A stretch of 64,000 nt of DNA, taken from positions 1 through 64,000 of the forward strand of contig CAVVXN010000001.1 in the NCBI GenBank assembly GCA_963752285.1, read 5' to 3'. The position numbers and the translations under genes are program-made. Below the pieces are notes generated by a model. The model saw only the letters and a program-made list of their open reading frames with translations, had not been told where the DNA came from and did no database searches. The stretch's first letter is position 1; every line of letters begins with the position of its first letter. This DNA is from an uncultured Planctomycetota bacterium (GTDB lineage: Bacteria > Planctomycetota > PLA2 > JAEUHO01). Below are positions 62,915 to 64,000 of this stretch, piece after piece.

Positions 62915-64000
62915 TCGTCCCTCCTGCGCCTCTCGCGTGCCTCGTCGTCGCTTCCGGCCGTACCGACACGCTCATGGCGCCTCTTCTCGTCCTTTCTGCT
63001 CTCTTCCTTCCTCGAGTCGGCTCTGTTGGCGTCGCCGGCAGCTCCCAGTTGACTTGCGTCCTCGCCACTCGTGCCATCTTGTACGTATTCCTCGCCCACG
63101 TCCATCCCCATTGACTCAGCCAACCTTTCCTCGTCGACCACGTGCCCGTATTCGTGATCAAGCAACTTGTCGTCGCCCTCCGGATATAGGATGACAAGCC
63201 GGAGGAGCCTGGATCGCCACTGCATCTTGTGATAGCCAGGGCGATTGCAGGACTCGATCGACCACGTGTGCTCCCAGTCTGGCCACGTGAGCGCGTCGAC
63301 AAGCGCGCCCTCCTCTCCATCCGGATGTTGTGTCCCAATGGGATCGGCAGCGCTCTCAGGGATCGGCTCCTCGTCCGGGTGTTCATCGTTATAGTCATGG
63401 ATGGCCTCACGAGCATTCTCTCGATCCTGCTTAGGGTCACCGGTGCGTTCGTAAGAAATTCTCGTCACAGGTGCCAAGCCTGACGGGTCAGCCTTAACTG
63501 TTGGCGTAGAGGTCACGTATTCGATAAGATTGAAGCCTTCCGAGTATCCTGAAGGATCTCTTTGCACGAATCGGCCGGCGGAGGGGTCATATGTCCTCGC
63601 CCTATAAAAGTACAGCCCATCCTCGGCGTCGTACTCCCGCCCCGTGAACAGGTACGGGTTCCCGACCGGGCTCTGGGCGACGGCGGTCCCCTGCTGGTCG
63701 AGGACCCTCGGCTTCCCGTACACGTCGTACGTCACCCACTCGACGACGCTCCCGCCCGGCTCCGAGAGCTCCGTCACCGACCCCAGCGCCTGCTGGTGGT
63801 ACGTGAAGCGGAGCACCTCGGTCGTGTTCTGGTTCCCGTTGACGTCCGCCTGGTCGGCCCGGTCCATGACGCGCGGGCGGTCGATCCCGTCCTCGTAGAC
63901 GTAGCGGGCCTGCCAGACGTCCTGGCCGTCGTACTCCTCGACGACCTGCTGTGCGTCGAGCACATACCGGGTCGTCGCGCCGCCCGACACGGCCTTCTCG
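62911..64000 (-). CDS. Rhs family A core with HEYGH CT (paralogue 3; cut by window edge)
   Basis: Core motifs, DPSGL and LLDHEYGH. Confidence 0.85.
   Translation of the reverse strand, partial: EKAVSGGATTRYVLDAQQVVEEYDGQDVWQARYVYEDGIDRPRVMDRADQADVNGNQNTTEVLRFTYHQQALGSVTELSEPGGSVVEWVTYDVYGKPRVLDQQGTAVAQSPVGNPYLFTGREYDAEDGLYFYRARTYDPSAGRFVQRDPSGYSEGFNLIEYVTSTPTVKADPSGLAPVTRISYERTGDPKQDRENAREAIHDYNDEHPDEEPIPESAADPIGTQHPDGEEGALVDALTWPDWEHTWSIESCNRPGYHKMQWRSRLLRLVILYPEGDDKLLDHEYGHVVDEERLAESMGMDVGEEYVQDGTSGEDASQLGAAGDANRADSRKEESRKDEKRRHERVGTAGSDDEARERRRRDD

Noticed and set aside
1..64000. Diversity-generating retroelement or retron driving CT variation
   Set aside because: No reverse transcriptase ORF, and differences between paralogues are not visibly adenine-specific.

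Overview
A GC-rich bacterial accessory region with no housekeeping genes. It is a tandem array of related integrative elements that target tRNA-Gly(CCC). Five copies of the same 49-nt tRNA 3' fragment (509, 22084, 52546, 55693, 60442), plus one mostly deleted copy (47307), divide the window into units of about 3-25 kb. Each copy sits between conserved arm sequences. The units carry 12 Rhs/YD-repeat C-terminal toxin regions, all on the minus strand. Two are full-length ~2,100-aa Rhs proteins with a signal peptide; the rest are core stubs or orphans. Almost all are followed by a putative exported immunity gene. The most complete unit (about 20862-35205) reads: integrase C-half, attP-like site, immunity, Rhs, HEAT-repeat protein, GspC-like PDZ protein, restriction-like nuclease with RAMA domain, XRE regulator, integrase N-half. 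This is one circularly permuted element genome. Smaller units lack an integrase and carry a variable toxin-antitoxin pair (HicBA or DUF433/PIN) right after the att arm. A ~45-bp motif, often following a transposase tail, marks the downstream end of most toxin-immunity cassettes. Also present: an intact tyrosine-recombinase + IS91-type element inserted in an Rhs gene, and IS66, ISAzo13, rve and serine-recombinase remnants. All family calls come from reading motifs by eye, not from database searches. Some frameshifts and some of the repeat structure could be assembly artefacts.
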